NCBI GenBank assembly: GCA_965231005.1
Contig: OZ246405.1
Coordinates: forward strand, 365,877 to 429,876
Direction of reading: 5' to 3'
Length of the DNA: 64,000 bases
Source: an uncultured Gammaproteobacteria bacterium
Lineage (GTDB): Bacteria > Patescibacteriota > Patescibacteriia > Magasanikbacterales > UBA922
In this document: positions 27,488 to 36,149 of the stretch, piece by piece
How positions within the stretch are numbered: the first letter of the stretch is position 1
How the letters are laid out: every line of letters starts with the position of its first letter
Position numbers and translations under genes: made by a program
The notes under the pieces: model-generated
What the model was told of the DNA's origin: nothing
The model's input: the letters and a program-made list of their open reading frames with translations, nothing else
Databases searched by the model: none

Positions 27488-27600
27488 TAGAACACGGATT
27501 GAACACCTGCCTGCCGGCAGGCAGGGATGTAACGGATTTTTACGGATCTAATCTGTTTAGATCCGTTTAATCCGTTGGATCTGTGTTCTATTCAGTACTA
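27488..27600. repeat. Palindromic element (core CCTGCCTGCCGGCAGGCAGG) with TAGAACACGGAT/ATCTGTGTTCTA inverted ends
   Basis: Core at 27506-27525. Homologous to 25403-25506. Begins immediately after the SpoIID-like stop codon. Confidence 0.75.
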
Positions 27601-27609
27601 AGAGTAATT

Positions 27610-27996
27610 ATGAAAACTATTCCACAATCACTCCGAACATGGTTTGTCATTCATTTTGTTATCGACATGACATTTGGTTTGCCACTTTTGTTTGCACCAG
27701 AAATGTTATTGCAATTATTTGATATTGTTTCTGTAGAAACACTTACTGCACGACTTGTCGGAGCTGCACTTGTTGGAATCGGTGGCACATCACTTTGGAT
27801 GCACAAGGGGAGTGTGGATCAATTTAAAACAATGCTTGAAGTAAAATTGCTTTGGTCAGGATCTGCACTTGTTGCAATTGCCCTTGCCTTTGGCAGTGGA
27901 GCGCCGGCATTTATTAGTGGCTTGGCATTTGCAATTTTTCTTGTCTTCTTTTTTGTGTGGCACCATTACTATAAAGGATTAAGAAATAATATTTAA
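27610..27996 (+). CDS. Membrane protein, function unknown
   Basis: Four hydrophobic helices. Start chosen at the ATG after the repeat. Confidence 0.45.
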   Translation: MKTIPQSLRTWFVIHFVIDMTFGLPLLFAPEMLLQLFDIVSVETLTARLVGAALVGIGGTSLWMHKGSVDQFKTMLEVKLLWSGSALVAIALAFGSGAPAFISGLAFAIFLVFFFVWHHYYKGLRNNI

Positions 27997-28019
27997 AAAG
28001 GTTTTAGGAAATTTATCGT

Positions 28020-28376
28020 ATGGAAATATTAGGTATATACGATGGAGAGGCAGGTATATTGGGAGAGATAAAGTATGGAGCTCAAAAAATTTTGGGCATA
28101 AAGGAGTGTTCATTATGCAACATAACCCATAAGGGTGTTAGTAAAAAAAAGAGTTGGTTGGCGTTTCAAAAGAAATTTGGTTTAGATGTAAAATTAGTAT
28201 ATTTGAACCAACAAGATAAAGATTTGAAAGAATTTACGAATCAAAAAGTTCCTTGCATTGTTGGAAAGCAAAATAACGGCTATGTAATGTTGATAGACAG
28301 TGTTGAATTAGAAAAGTTACAAGGAAATGTTGAAGATTTTTTTAAACTTCTTAAAGAAAAATTAAGTAAGATCTAG
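28020..28376 (+). CDS. Hypothetical protein (118 aa)
   Basis: ORF only. Confidence 0.4.
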   Translation: MEILGIYDGEAGILGEIKYGAQKILGIKECSLCNITHKGVSKKKSWLAFQKKFGLDVKLVYLNQQDKDLKEFTNQKVPCIVGKQNNGYVMLIDSVELEKLQGNVEDFFKLLKEKLSKI

Positions 28377-28388
28377 TAGAAACAAAAC

Positions 28389-28414
28389 AAGGCTTTGAAA
28401 GGCCTTGTTTTTTA
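28389..28414. terminator. Bidirectional hairpin terminator
   Basis: CAAGGC-TTTGAAAG-GCCTTG with T-run. Lies between convergent genes. Confidence 0.65.
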
Positions 28415-28425
28415 TTATTTATTTT

Positions 28426-28719
28426 TTATTGGGGTTCATTACACACACCTTCTATACAAGTGTATCCATCACTACAATCACCATTTACAATACATTGTTC
28501 TCGTTTACCATACTCATCACGTTCGGTTCCACCAAATACTGGTTTAATACGAGGATCAATTTCTTCTTCAACTTTTTTTTCTGTTGATGTTGGTGCTTCA
28601 ACTGCTGGAACATTGAGTTCATCCTGTCTAACATTTGGATTCGGCTGAGCATTGTTACAGCCTCCACCAACAAGGAGAATAAGACAGAGTACAGTTGTGA
28701 TATATAAACTCCTCTTCAT
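28426..28719 (-). CDS. Small secreted Cys-rich protein (97 aa)
   Basis: Signal peptide, Pro/Glu-rich linker and a C-terminal CIVNGDCSDGYTCIEGVC knot-like motif. Confidence 0.45.
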   Translation of the reverse strand: MKRSLYITTVLCLILLVGGGCNNAQPNPNVRQDELNVPAVEAPTSTEKKVEEEIDPRIKPVFGGTERDEYGKREQCIVNGDCSDGYTCIEGVCNEPQ

Positions 28720-28722
28720 ATA

Positions 28723-29781
28723 CTATGCATCTACATTTGTATCTTCACCTGGTTTACCTTCTTTTTCATCTGGTGCTTGTCCACGTTCAATTGCTTCCCA
28801 AATTTTTTCTCTAATTCTTTGCATTGTTTCTGGATGTTCTTTCAAATATAATTTTACTTTTTCTCTTCCAACACCAAGTTTTTCTCCATCAAATGTGTAC
28901 GAGTTTCCAGATTTATTAATAATTTGTTCTGCAACACCAGTATCAAGTGTGTCACCAGGAATAGAAATTCCTTCGTTGTACATAATGTCAAATACTGTTG
29001 TACGGAATGGAGGCGCGACTTTATTTTTTACAACTTTTACTTTTACTCTGTTTCCAATAACTCTGTCACCTTGCTTAATTTGTGCGCTTCTTCGAACTTC
29101 TACACGAACAGAGGAATAAAATTTCAATGCGTTTCCACCAGTTGTTGTTTCTGGATTTCCAAAGACAATTCCAATTTTCATTCTGGTTTGATTGATGAAA
29201 ATAACAATCGTATTTGTTTTGCTTACAATTCCAGCTAATTTTCTAAGCGCCTGACTCATAAGTCTTGCTTGAAGTCCCATGTGACTTTGCCCCATGTCAC
29301 CTTCAATTTCTGCTTTTGGAACAAGCGCTGCAACAGAATCGACCACGACAACATCAACTGCATTTGAGCGAACAAGTGTTTCAAGAATTTCCAGTGCTTG
29401 TTCACCAGTATCTGGTTGTGAAATTAAAAGTTCATCAACATTGACACCAATTTTTTTTGCATATTCAGGATCAAGTGCATGTTCTGCATCGATAAATGCA
29501 GCAATGCCACCTTCTTTTTGTACTTCTGCAACAATGTGCTGAGAAAGTGTTGTTTTTCCACTTGATTCTGGTCCAAAGATTTCAATAATTCTTCCGCGAG
29601 GAGCGCCTCTTCCAAGTGCAATGTCTAGACTGATTGCACCTGTTGAAACAGCATCAATTTCAAGGTTTTGAGCATCACCAAATTTCATGATGGAGTTATT
29701 GCCGTATTTTTGGCGAATTTGATCAATTGCAGTTTGTGCCGCTTTTGACTTGTTCTTTTGTTCGTCTGTTTTTGTGGTCAT
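28723..29781 (-). CDS. recA: Recombinase RecA
   Basis: Walker [11 protein letters not shown]1/L2 loops, conserved throughout. Start taken at the internal Met (MTTKTDEQ). Confidence 0.95.
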   Translation of the reverse strand: MTTKTDEQKNKSKAAQTAIDQIRQKYGNNSIMKFGDAQNLEIDAVSTGAISLDIALGRGAPRGRIIEIFGPESSGKTTLSQHIVAEVQKEGGIAAFIDAEHALDPEYAKKIGVNVDELLISQPDTGEQALEILETLVRSNAVDVVVVDSVAALVPKAEIEGDMGQSHMGLQARLMSQALRKLAGIVSKTNTIVIFINQTRMKIGIVFGNPETTTGGNALKFYSSVRVEVRRSAQIKQGDRVIGNRVKVKVVKNKVAPPFRTTVFDIMYNEGISIPGDTLDTGVAEQIINKSGNSYTFDGEKLGVGREKVKLYLKEHPETMQRIREKIWEAIERGQAPDEKEGKPGEDTNVDA

Positions 29782-29936
29782 ATCTTCTAATTTATGTAGT
29801 AAAACGACAGGCGTTTTCCTCTCTTTTGGTTCAAAGAAGAGGCAGTTGAGCCTCTTAATGGTACGGGTTTTTTTGGGGGCTGTCAAATTGATTTGTCGTC
29901 TTACTGAACAACGGCAAAACAGTAGAGAAAAAGATG

Positions 29937-29965
29937 TTTACAACGTAGGGAAAGTCTTGTAGGAT
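29937..29965 (+). promoter_or_regulatory. Candidate promoter TTTACA-N17-TAGGAT
   Basis: Hexamers at 17-nt spacing, 25 nt before the GGAGGTG RBS. Confidence 0.4.
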
Positions 29966-29989
29966 ATGGTTACCTACGTGGAGGTGATC

Positions 29990-30367
29990 ATGGATTGGAG
30001 ACATTGGATTTCTACTGGCGACTGCGAAAAAGTCATCCAGGGAATCAAGAGCAAAGAGCCAGCTACTGATGCTCAGCATGAAGAACATGTTGCTGATGCA
30101 ATCCGTTCGCACAAGAGACAGTGCACCAAGGGTGATTCATGCGCTGTTGGAGCAGCTCACGACGAATGGAGGAAAAGTCGTTGTCAGCAAGTCCGTGATG
30201 ACGTGGACAGGGAAGAAGAGTGGCATTTGACTACTCCTGGTGAGTCCATCTTTCACCCGAGTCCGACATACCAAGATGTTTCTGCTGTCTTTTCCACCCA
30301 TGTTGACCTTTGCCCTCTGAAGGAAGAGTGTCCAGCGTGGCGCAGAGTTCCAAGAAGCGGGCTTTAG
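29990..30367 (+). CDS. Hypothetical Cys/His-rich protein (125 aa)
   Basis: GGAGGTG RBS. G+C-richer than the flanks. Confidence 0.5.
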   Translation: MDWRHWISTGDCEKVIQGIKSKEPATDAQHEEHVADAIRSHKRQCTKGDSCAVGAAHDEWRKSRCQQVRDDVDREEEWHLTTPGESIFHPSPTYQDVSAVFSTHVDLCPLKEECPAWRRVPRSGL

Positions 30368-30451
30368 TGGCAGTCATTCCATGTAGTAAGGAGATACCCG
30401 AATCACCGTGTTGCAAAGTAGCTCGCACGGACGAAAGGTTCGGGGGTGAAA

Positions 30452-30482
30452 AAAGAGCACCTATGGAGGTGCTCTTTTTGAT
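30452..30482 (+). terminator. Rho-independent terminator
   Basis: AGAGCACC-TATGG-AGGTGCTCT hairpin with TTTTTG. Confidence 0.75.
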
Positions 30483-30494
30483 ACATTTTTTTAT

Positions 30495-31211
30495 TTATAA
30501 TTTGGAATTTACCAGCTTTGCATTGCCCTGGAAACCGAGCTGCTGTGATTCTCGAAGAATAACATGCCGCACTTCTGTGGTTGTTTTTCCATGTTTTTTT
30601 CTTGCAGAAACAGTAATTGTATTTACACCAGCAGAGAGATCAATGCGTTCATTAAATTTTCCTGTTCCATCATTTGTAATATGTTTTCCATTGATTGCAA
30701 CAGACACTTCTTTCCCTGTTTCTCCTGTGACAGAAAGAATACTTGCATCTGTGACAAATCCATTTGTTGGTGAATGTAATACAAGAACAGGTGGTTCAAG
30801 AATGCGTCTTACTTGAATACCCAGATACGAAATCAATAAAATTGAAATGATACCAAACGATGCAAAACGGAGGAGTCCAGGAATGTTGTGAAAATATTTA
30901 TTGTGAATTTGTTTATGCGGATGACGAGTTGTTTTTTGTTTTTTTGTTTCTTCGTTTGAATATTGAAAAAGGTATGTCCCAGGATTTACATTTATTGCAC
31001 GCAAATATTTTTTAATAAATTGTTTGTGATAAATATCTCCTTTGGGCAATTTTTCAAAATCACATGTTTCTAAATAGGAAACATATTTTTTATCTATGCG
31101 GGTTTTTTTTGCAATTTCTTCAATACTAAGACCAGCAGCTTCTCGTGCTTCTTTTAGGCGCAAGCAAACACGCTTTGCTTTTTTTAATTTTTTGCTTTTA
31201 AACCCTACCAT
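30495..31211 (-). CDS. RodZ-like protein (N-terminal HTH, TM, C-terminal beta domain)
   Basis: XRE-type HTH (LSIEEIAKKTRIDKKYVSYLE), a central TM helix and a C-terminal beta-rich domain. Confidence 0.5.
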   Translation of the reverse strand: MVGFKSKKLKKAKRVCLRLKEAREAAGLSIEEIAKKTRIDKKYVSYLETCDFEKLPKGDIYHKQFIKKYLRAINVNPGTYLFQYSNEETKKQKTTRHPHKQIHNKYFHNIPGLLRFASFGIISILLISYLGIQVRRILEPPVLVLHSPTNGFVTDASILSVTGETGKEVSVAINGKHITNDGTGKFNERIDLSAGVNTITVSARKKHGKTTTEVRHVILRESQQLGFQGNAKLVNSKL

Positions 31212-31238
31212 ACATTAGTTAATTGGTTGATTGGTTTA

Positions 31239-33839
31239 TTAGTATGAGAAGCGGTCGTCCTCGTCTTCTTCTTCAGTTTCCTCCTCCTCTTCATCTTCTT
31301 CGTATTCTTCATCGTCCTCCTCATCGTCTTCATGAAGATCATCTTCGTCATCAAGTTCTTCTTCCTCTTCTTCATAGTCCTCGTCATCCTCATCATCAAG
31401 TTCTTCTTCCTCTTCCTCATCATCAAGTTCGTCCTCATATTCTTCGTCCTCTTCAAGATCATCTTCGTCATCATCTTGATCGTCTAACTCTTCTTCTAAT
31501 TCTTCATCAAGTTCTTCTTCATCTACATCTAATTCATCTTCCTCTTCAGCCTCTTCCTCGTCTGAATATACATTAAATTCCCCTCCACTGTTCATTTTAG
31601 CATAGGCTTCTTCCTTTGTCACAAGGATTTCTCTTGGCTTTGCTCCCTGTGATGGTCCAATGATTCCTGCTTCTTCGAGTTCATCTAAAATTCTTGCAGC
31701 TCGGGCATATCCAACTCGTAATCTTCTTTGTAAAAATGATGCACTTGCTTTTCCTGAATCTAAAATAAGTTTTTTTGCTTCTTCAAACAATGGATCGTGG
31801 TCATCACTTGCACCACCAAACATACTTGCAGTTCCACCACCTTTTTCAGTAATTGAAGGATCGTACTGTGGTTTTTCTTTTCCTTTTAAATGTCGAACAA
31901 CTTTTTTCAATTCCTGTTCACTAATATATGCTCCTTGAATTCTAATTGGCTTTGACAATTCAGCACTTGAGTAGAGCATGTCTCCTCGTCCAAGTAATTT
32001 TTCTGCACCAGGCGCATCTAAAATTGTGCGTGAGTCAACAATCGATGCAACAGAAAAGGCAACACGTCCAGGAATATTTGCTTTCATAAGTCCTGTAATA
32101 ACATCAACACTTGGACGCTGGGTTGCAACTAATAGATGAATACCAACTGCACGTGCCATTTGCGCGAGTCTAATAATTCCTGCTTCAACTTCGTTTGCTG
32201 TTGTTGCCATTAAGTCAGCAAGTTCGTCAATCACGAAAACAATATGTGGCAATTTTTCATTTGGATTTTTTTTGTTAAATGAATTGATGTCACGACAGCC
32301 TCGTTGTGCAAGTAATTCAAATCGTCTGTCCATTTCACTAATTGTCCAGTTAAGCGCATTAACAGTTTGTTTCGGTTTTGTAATAACTGGTGTGAGAAGA
32401 TGTGGGATACCGTTGTACATTGTTAATTCAACACGCTTTGGATCGACCATAATCATGCGGAGTGTTTCTGCAGTATTTTGGAATAACAAACTCATGATAA
32501 TGGTGTTCACACAAACAGTTTTTCCAGAACCTGTTGCACCAGCAATTAAAAGGTGAGGCATACGAGGAAGGTCTGCAAACCATACTTTTCCTGCAACATC
32601 TTTTCCAAGCGCAATCATCATGTTGTGATCACGATTTTTAAATTCTTTATTTTGTAATAATTCTTTAAACGTCACCATTGCTGCTTTTTGATTTGGCACT
32701 TCAATTCCAACAAGAGATTTGCCAGGAATTGGCGCTTCAATTCGAATAGGGTGTGCAGCAAGAGCAAGGGCAAGGTCGTTTGCCAATGTTGTAATTCTTG
32801 AAAGTTTAACTCCTTTGGAAGGTTTAAATGAAAATTGTGTCACAGTTGGTCCAACACGAGCTTCTCCCATGGTGACATTAATATTAAATTCAGCAAGCGT
32901 GTCTTCAATGATTTTGCTGTTTGCTTTAATATCCCCACTGGTTGGTTTTCCTTTTTTGCTGGACAATAAACTTACAGGTGGAATTGGTCGGATAATAACA
33001 TTTTGCGTATACGAAGCAGAGTGTGTTGTTGGAGGCCCTGCAGTTCCTTGACGAGAGGTTGGTGTGACAATTGGTTCTTCGTCATCATCTTCGTCCTCGT
33101 CATCATCTTCGTCCTCGTCATCATCTTCGTATTCTTCATCGTCCTCATCATCAACATATTTTTTAGAAAATGATCGTTCATCTTCGTCCTCATCGTCCTC
33201 GTCCTCATACTCTTCATCATCGTCTTCGTCTTCATCATATTCTTCTTCATCTTCCATTTCACCATTGCGAACAAACAATGTTGTGACTGCACGAACAAGA
33301 TATGCTCCAAACCAACCCATTCCTTCCATTAATTTTCTGTGGAATAAAATGAAGTGGGTAATTGCTGTATTAAATATTAATAAGAATGCAACAATGCCTA
33401 AACCAACAAGGAGTACAATTCCTGCAATTGTCCCGAGGTATGTTTTCAGTGGCCATGCAAGCATTCCAAACACACCACCACCATGTCCTTCGAGTGCTTG
33501 GCGCCACATATCTGTCGTATCAAAGCCAATGTGCATGATGCTTGAAAGAGACAAGAAGAAAAGAATTGCTCCAAAAAGATGTGTTGCTCTGTAATTGTAT
33601 TCAATGTCTCGAATAAGAAACCAAGCAAGAATTCCAATAACAAATGGAGCAGCATATCGAATTGATCCGAAAAGAAAACTGAGTACCCACTGGTCAAGAA
33701 TAACACCAATTGTTCCTGCTTTATCAAAAAAACTTAATCCAATAATAATTGCCAAAATAAAAAGAAGGACAGCAATAATGCCCTTTGATAATACTGGATC
33801 ATGACTATAATATTTTCTTCTGCGACGACGACGCGGCAT
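31239..33839 (-). CDS. ftsK: DNA translocase FtsK/SpoIIIE with an extra poly-acidic internal linker and C-terminal tail
   Basis: N-terminal TM block, Walker A GATGSGKT, gamma winged-helix and an Asp/Glu low-complexity tail of about 130 aa. Confidence 0.9.
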   Translation of the reverse strand: MPRRRRRRKYYSHDPVLSKGIIAVLLFILAIIIGLSFFDKAGTIGVILDQWVLSFLFGSIRYAAPFVIGILAWFLIRDIEYNYRATHLFGAILFFLSLSSIMHIGFDTTDMWRQALEGHGGGVFGMLAWPLKTYLGTIAGIVLLVGLGIVAFLLIFNTAITHFILFHRKLMEGMGWFGAYLVRAVTTLFVRNGEMEDEEEYDEDEDDDEEYEDEDDEDEDERSFSKKYVDDEDDEEYEDDDEDEDDDEDEDDDEEPIVTPTSRQGTAGPPTTHSASYTQNVIIRPIPPVSLLSSKKGKPTSGDIKANSKIIEDTLAEFNINVTMGEARVGPTVTQFSFKPSKGVKLSRITTLANDLALALAAHPIRIEAPIPGKSLVGIEVPNQKAAMVTFKELLQNKEFKNRDHNMMIALGKDVAGKVWFADLPRMPHLLIAGATGSGKTVCVNTIIMSLLFQNTAETLRMIMVDPKRVELTMYNGIPHLLTPVITKPKQTVNALNWTISEMDRRFELLAQRGCRDINSFNKKNPNEKLPHIVFVIDELADLMATTANEVEAGIIRLAQMARAVGIHLLVATQRPSVDVITGLMKANIPGRVAFSVASIVDSRTILDAPGAEKLLGRGDMLYSSAELSKPIRIQGAYISEQELKKVVRHLKGKEKPQYDPSITEKGGGTASMFGGASDDHDPLFEEAKKLILDSGKASASFLQRRLRVGYARAARILDELEEAGIIGPSQGAKPREILVTKEEAYAKMNSGGEFNVYSDEEEAEEEDELDVDEEELDEELEEELDDQDDDEDDLEEDEEYEDELDDEEEEEELDDEDDEDYEEEEEELDDEDDLHEDDEEDDEEYEEDEEEEETEEEDEDDRFSY

Positions 33840-33843
33840 AGTC

Positions 33844-33982
33844 TACTAGTTATTAGTTACTAGTTATTAGTTATTAGGACAAAATAGAAATATTTTTTTG
33901 CAAATGAAATAACATATTGGCACAAAACAAAAATTGCAAAAAATCTATTAACTAGTAGCTAATAACTATTATCTAATAATGT
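33844..33982. repeat. Stop-saturated inverted-repeat spacer family C (TTAGTTACTAGTTATTAGT arms)
   Basis: Arms of about 35 nt in inverted orientation around an A+T-rich loop. Other copies at 45958-46066 and 62132-62232. Confidence 0.75.
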
Positions 33983-34122
33983 TTGTCGAGAGTATTGTAG
34001 CATAGTTGGGAGAGCAGTTAAAGCTGACGAAAACAAAAAAATCCGTCATTTAGACAGATTCTTTTGAGTGGGCGACTTTGTTGTTCGGCGTCGCCAGACC
34101 TTGTCTCCTTGTGTGTAAAGGG

Positions 34123-34683
34123 TTATTGCTCGCAACGATACTGATTTCCAGGCTTGTGAAGGGTATCAAGATAGGCATGGATGTCCTGATACTTGCTTAG
34201 CGTCTCTTCCCAGTTTTTTGTACGAACAGGCAAGCTGCTACGAGGGAGTTTTTCCTTGATTCCAAAGGTCTTCTTACCATCTTGCACAAAAATCATGGCG
34301 AGCATCCGGCTTTTGTGTTCTTTGAACCACTGCTCGCGGAGTTGGCATGAATGTGCTGTTTTGCGCAGTTCGCTGGCATAGAAGATTGCATTGTGCCAGA
34401 ACAGTCCTGCTTCACGAGATTTGAACTTGAATGTGTCTTTGCAAACACCTTTGCCTTCGTGCGTCCGCTTCAGCAATGCATCAAGCTTGGGCTGTGTTGC
34501 ATTTGCCAACATTCGATGTATTGCCAGTGCCTCGGCATACTCTTCTTTGTCGAGCGGCTGAACGTACTTTTGAAGTCGGGGTGGATACAGTAGGCTCAAG
34601 TCTGCGACCGGATCGGTCTTGTGATTGAGAATCAGAACTGCGAAAAGGAAAAGAACGATTGCCACAGTGAGTGCTTGTTTCAT
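34123..34683 (-). CDS. Membrane-anchored hypothetical protein (186 aa)
   Basis: GGAGA RBS. N-terminal TM anchor. G+C-richer than the flanks. Confidence 0.45.
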   Translation of the reverse strand: MKQALTVAIVLFLFAVLILNHKTDPVADLSLLYPPRLQKYVQPLDKEEYAEALAIHRMLANATQPKLDALLKRTHEGKGVCKDTFKFKSREAGLFWHNAIFYASELRKTAHSCQLREQWFKEHKSRMLAMIFVQDGKKTFGIKEKLPRSSLPVRTKNWEETLSKYQDIHAYLDTLHKPGNQYRCEQ

Positions 34684-34813
34684 GGTCGTCTCCAAATGTG
34701 TGGGTGGAGGAATGCGTTGGAGTCTATCAAAAATAGACGTAGTATTCTTATCAATAAAAGTAGTTTGTGTCAATTATAGAATCATTCTATTTGAAGAAGA
34801 AATGGGAATTAGA

Positions 34814-34925
34814 AACCTGCCTTTGCCGGCAGGCAGGCTAGAAATTGGAAATTGGGGAATTCTCAAAAGCTATCTTGATCTAGTCCCCAAATTTCTAATT
34901 TCAAATTTCCAGTTTCCAAAAACAA
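34814..34925. repeat. Degenerate palindromic core (CCTGCCTTTGCCGGCAGGCAGG) fused to a family B inverted-repeat spacer (AGAAATTGGAAATTGGGGA arms)
   Basis: Hairpin-capable arms at 34838-34857 and 34883-34916. Other family B copies at 36083-36135, 46801-46888 and 60337-60417. Confidence 0.75.
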
Positions 34926-35020
34926 AAAAACCTGTTTCTAAAACAGATTCTTTTGAACTACCCCGACAATGTCTGGATTACCGAGGTAGTCCGTTGTTGT
35001 CGGGGGGGATCTCCTTGACG

Positions 35021-35542
35021 TTACTCGGCGTCTTCGTCTTCGCCAGGCTTGTAGCCAGCCGCGACTGCGACCAGGAGCCAGACGTAGGCGTCTGTAGCAG
35101 TTTCCAGACCCTTTGTGGTTGCCAGCTGCTTTGGGGTGGGCATCCCCTTCACAGCATTGGTCAGGTTTGCTTCGGTGAAATCCGTGTGCAGGATGGTTGC
35201 TCCTGTGAAGATTGCGTCGGTCAGGTCTGCATTGGACAGGTCGGTTTCCCGCAAGGACGCTGACGTGAGGTCTGCACTTTTCATGACAGCTGACGAAAGG
35301 TTGGCACCCTTCAGATTGGCTGAGGGCATGTAGGCTCCGGTCAGAATCGCATTGTCCAGCCTTGTTCTGACCAGCTCGGTTTGGGAAAAATTGACTCCAG
35401 TCAAATTGACCCCTCTCAGATCAACCTCGCTCAGATCGAGCATCAAAGTAGTCATGGTCTGGGCCGGTTCTTTCCGCCACGCATTGAACTTTTCGACCCC
35501 GCCTTCGCTCTTGAGCATCTCAACGATTTGCTGCTTTGTCAT
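35021..35542 (-). CDS. Pentapeptide-repeat protein
   Basis: Tandem A(D/N)LxX repeats (ANLKGANLSSAVMKSADLTSASLRETDLSNADLTDAIF). AAGGAG RBS. Confidence 0.75.
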   Translation of the reverse strand: MTKQQIVEMLKSEGGVEKFNAWRKEPAQTMTTLMLDLSEVDLRGVNLTGVNFSQTELVRTRLDNAILTGAYMPSANLKGANLSSAVMKSADLTSASLRETDLSNADLTDAIFTGATILHTDFTEANLTNAVKGMPTPKQLATTKGLETATDAYVWLLVAVAAGYKPGEDEDAE

Positions 35543-35592
35543 GTCGTACTCCTTGGCAACCAGCAGTGGCCACCTGTTGTTTGCAACGAAGA

Positions 35593-35622
35593 AATATATC
35601 AGTGATGTTGTTTTTTGTCAAT
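35593..35622 (-). promoter_or_regulatory. Sigma70-like promoter TTGACA-N17-TATATT (minus strand)
   Basis: Near-consensus hexamers upstream of the pentapeptide gene. Confidence 0.5.
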
Positions 35623-35774
35623 AATAATCAGTTTTTTTCCAGGATTTGGAGATTATCAAATTTTGCTAATAGAAGAGAAAAAATGCACAAAATCGGATAG
35701 ACTTGTGGATAAATAGGGGAAATTTTTTTAGATATTAAATTTATTTGCTAAAATAAGCCAAAAAATAGAGTTTC

Positions 35775-35831
35775 TTGACAAATTTTTCTCCACATGTAGC
35801 ATTTGACAAGATTGTATATATAATGTATAAT
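35775..35831 (+). promoter_or_regulatory. Tandem sigma70-like promoters (TTGACA-N16-TAGCAT and TTGACA-N17-TATAAT)
   Basis: The second is a perfect consensus. It is divergent from the pentapeptide-gene promoter. Confidence 0.5.
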
Positions 35832-35837
35832 TTCGCA

Positions 35838-36072
35838 CGTCTGAACAGAATATAGTTTTTGAGTCCTTTTTGTAAGAACTCCAGAACCATATTCACAATT
35901 CAATTCACTTTCATTCGCCCTAGGGCTAATGTCGCTCGAGACCACCTCGTACAATGTGTCTGAAATGATTGTCTCTCTCGTGCGCAAAGCTACATAACTT
36001 TTTGCAATGTACGCAACGCGCTTTGATACAATCTAATTGAAACCGTTTTTTTTGAAAAGCCGGTTTTTTTGT
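35838..36072 (+). ncRNA. Candidate non-coding transcript or leader of about 235 nt
   Basis: Lies between the consensus promoter and a GAAACCG...CGGTTTTTTT terminator hairpin. It holds only a 22-codon ORF with no RBS. Confidence 0.25.
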
Positions 36073-36082
36073 TTTATTCAAC

Positions 36083-36135
36083 AATTGGAAACTGGAAAAT
36101 AGGAATGCATTGTTTCTACCTTCCAATTTCTAATA
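36083..36135. repeat. Family B inverted-repeat spacer (short copy)
   Basis: ATTGGAAACTGGAAAATAGG ... CTTCCAATTTCTAAT. Confidence 0.65.
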
Positions 36136-36149
36136 ATAACTATTTATTT

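Noticed and set aside
28723-29886. N-terminal 35-aa extension of RecA in the ORF track
   Set aside because: The conserved RecA N-terminus aligns to the internal Met at 29781. The extension is unconserved and overlaps the upstream intergenic region.
31205-31576. Poly-Lys/Arg and poly-Leu/His ORFs (31205-31474 minus, 31223-31576 plus), and the poly-Ser ORF 33064-33594
   Set aside because: They are alternative frames of the GAA/GAT tandem repeats that encode the FtsK acidic tail and linker. They are low-complexity artefacts.
36069-36149. Upstream extension of the rpoB ORF to 36069
   Set aside because: The extension reads through the family B spacer. The conserved RpoB N-terminus begins at Met 36150.
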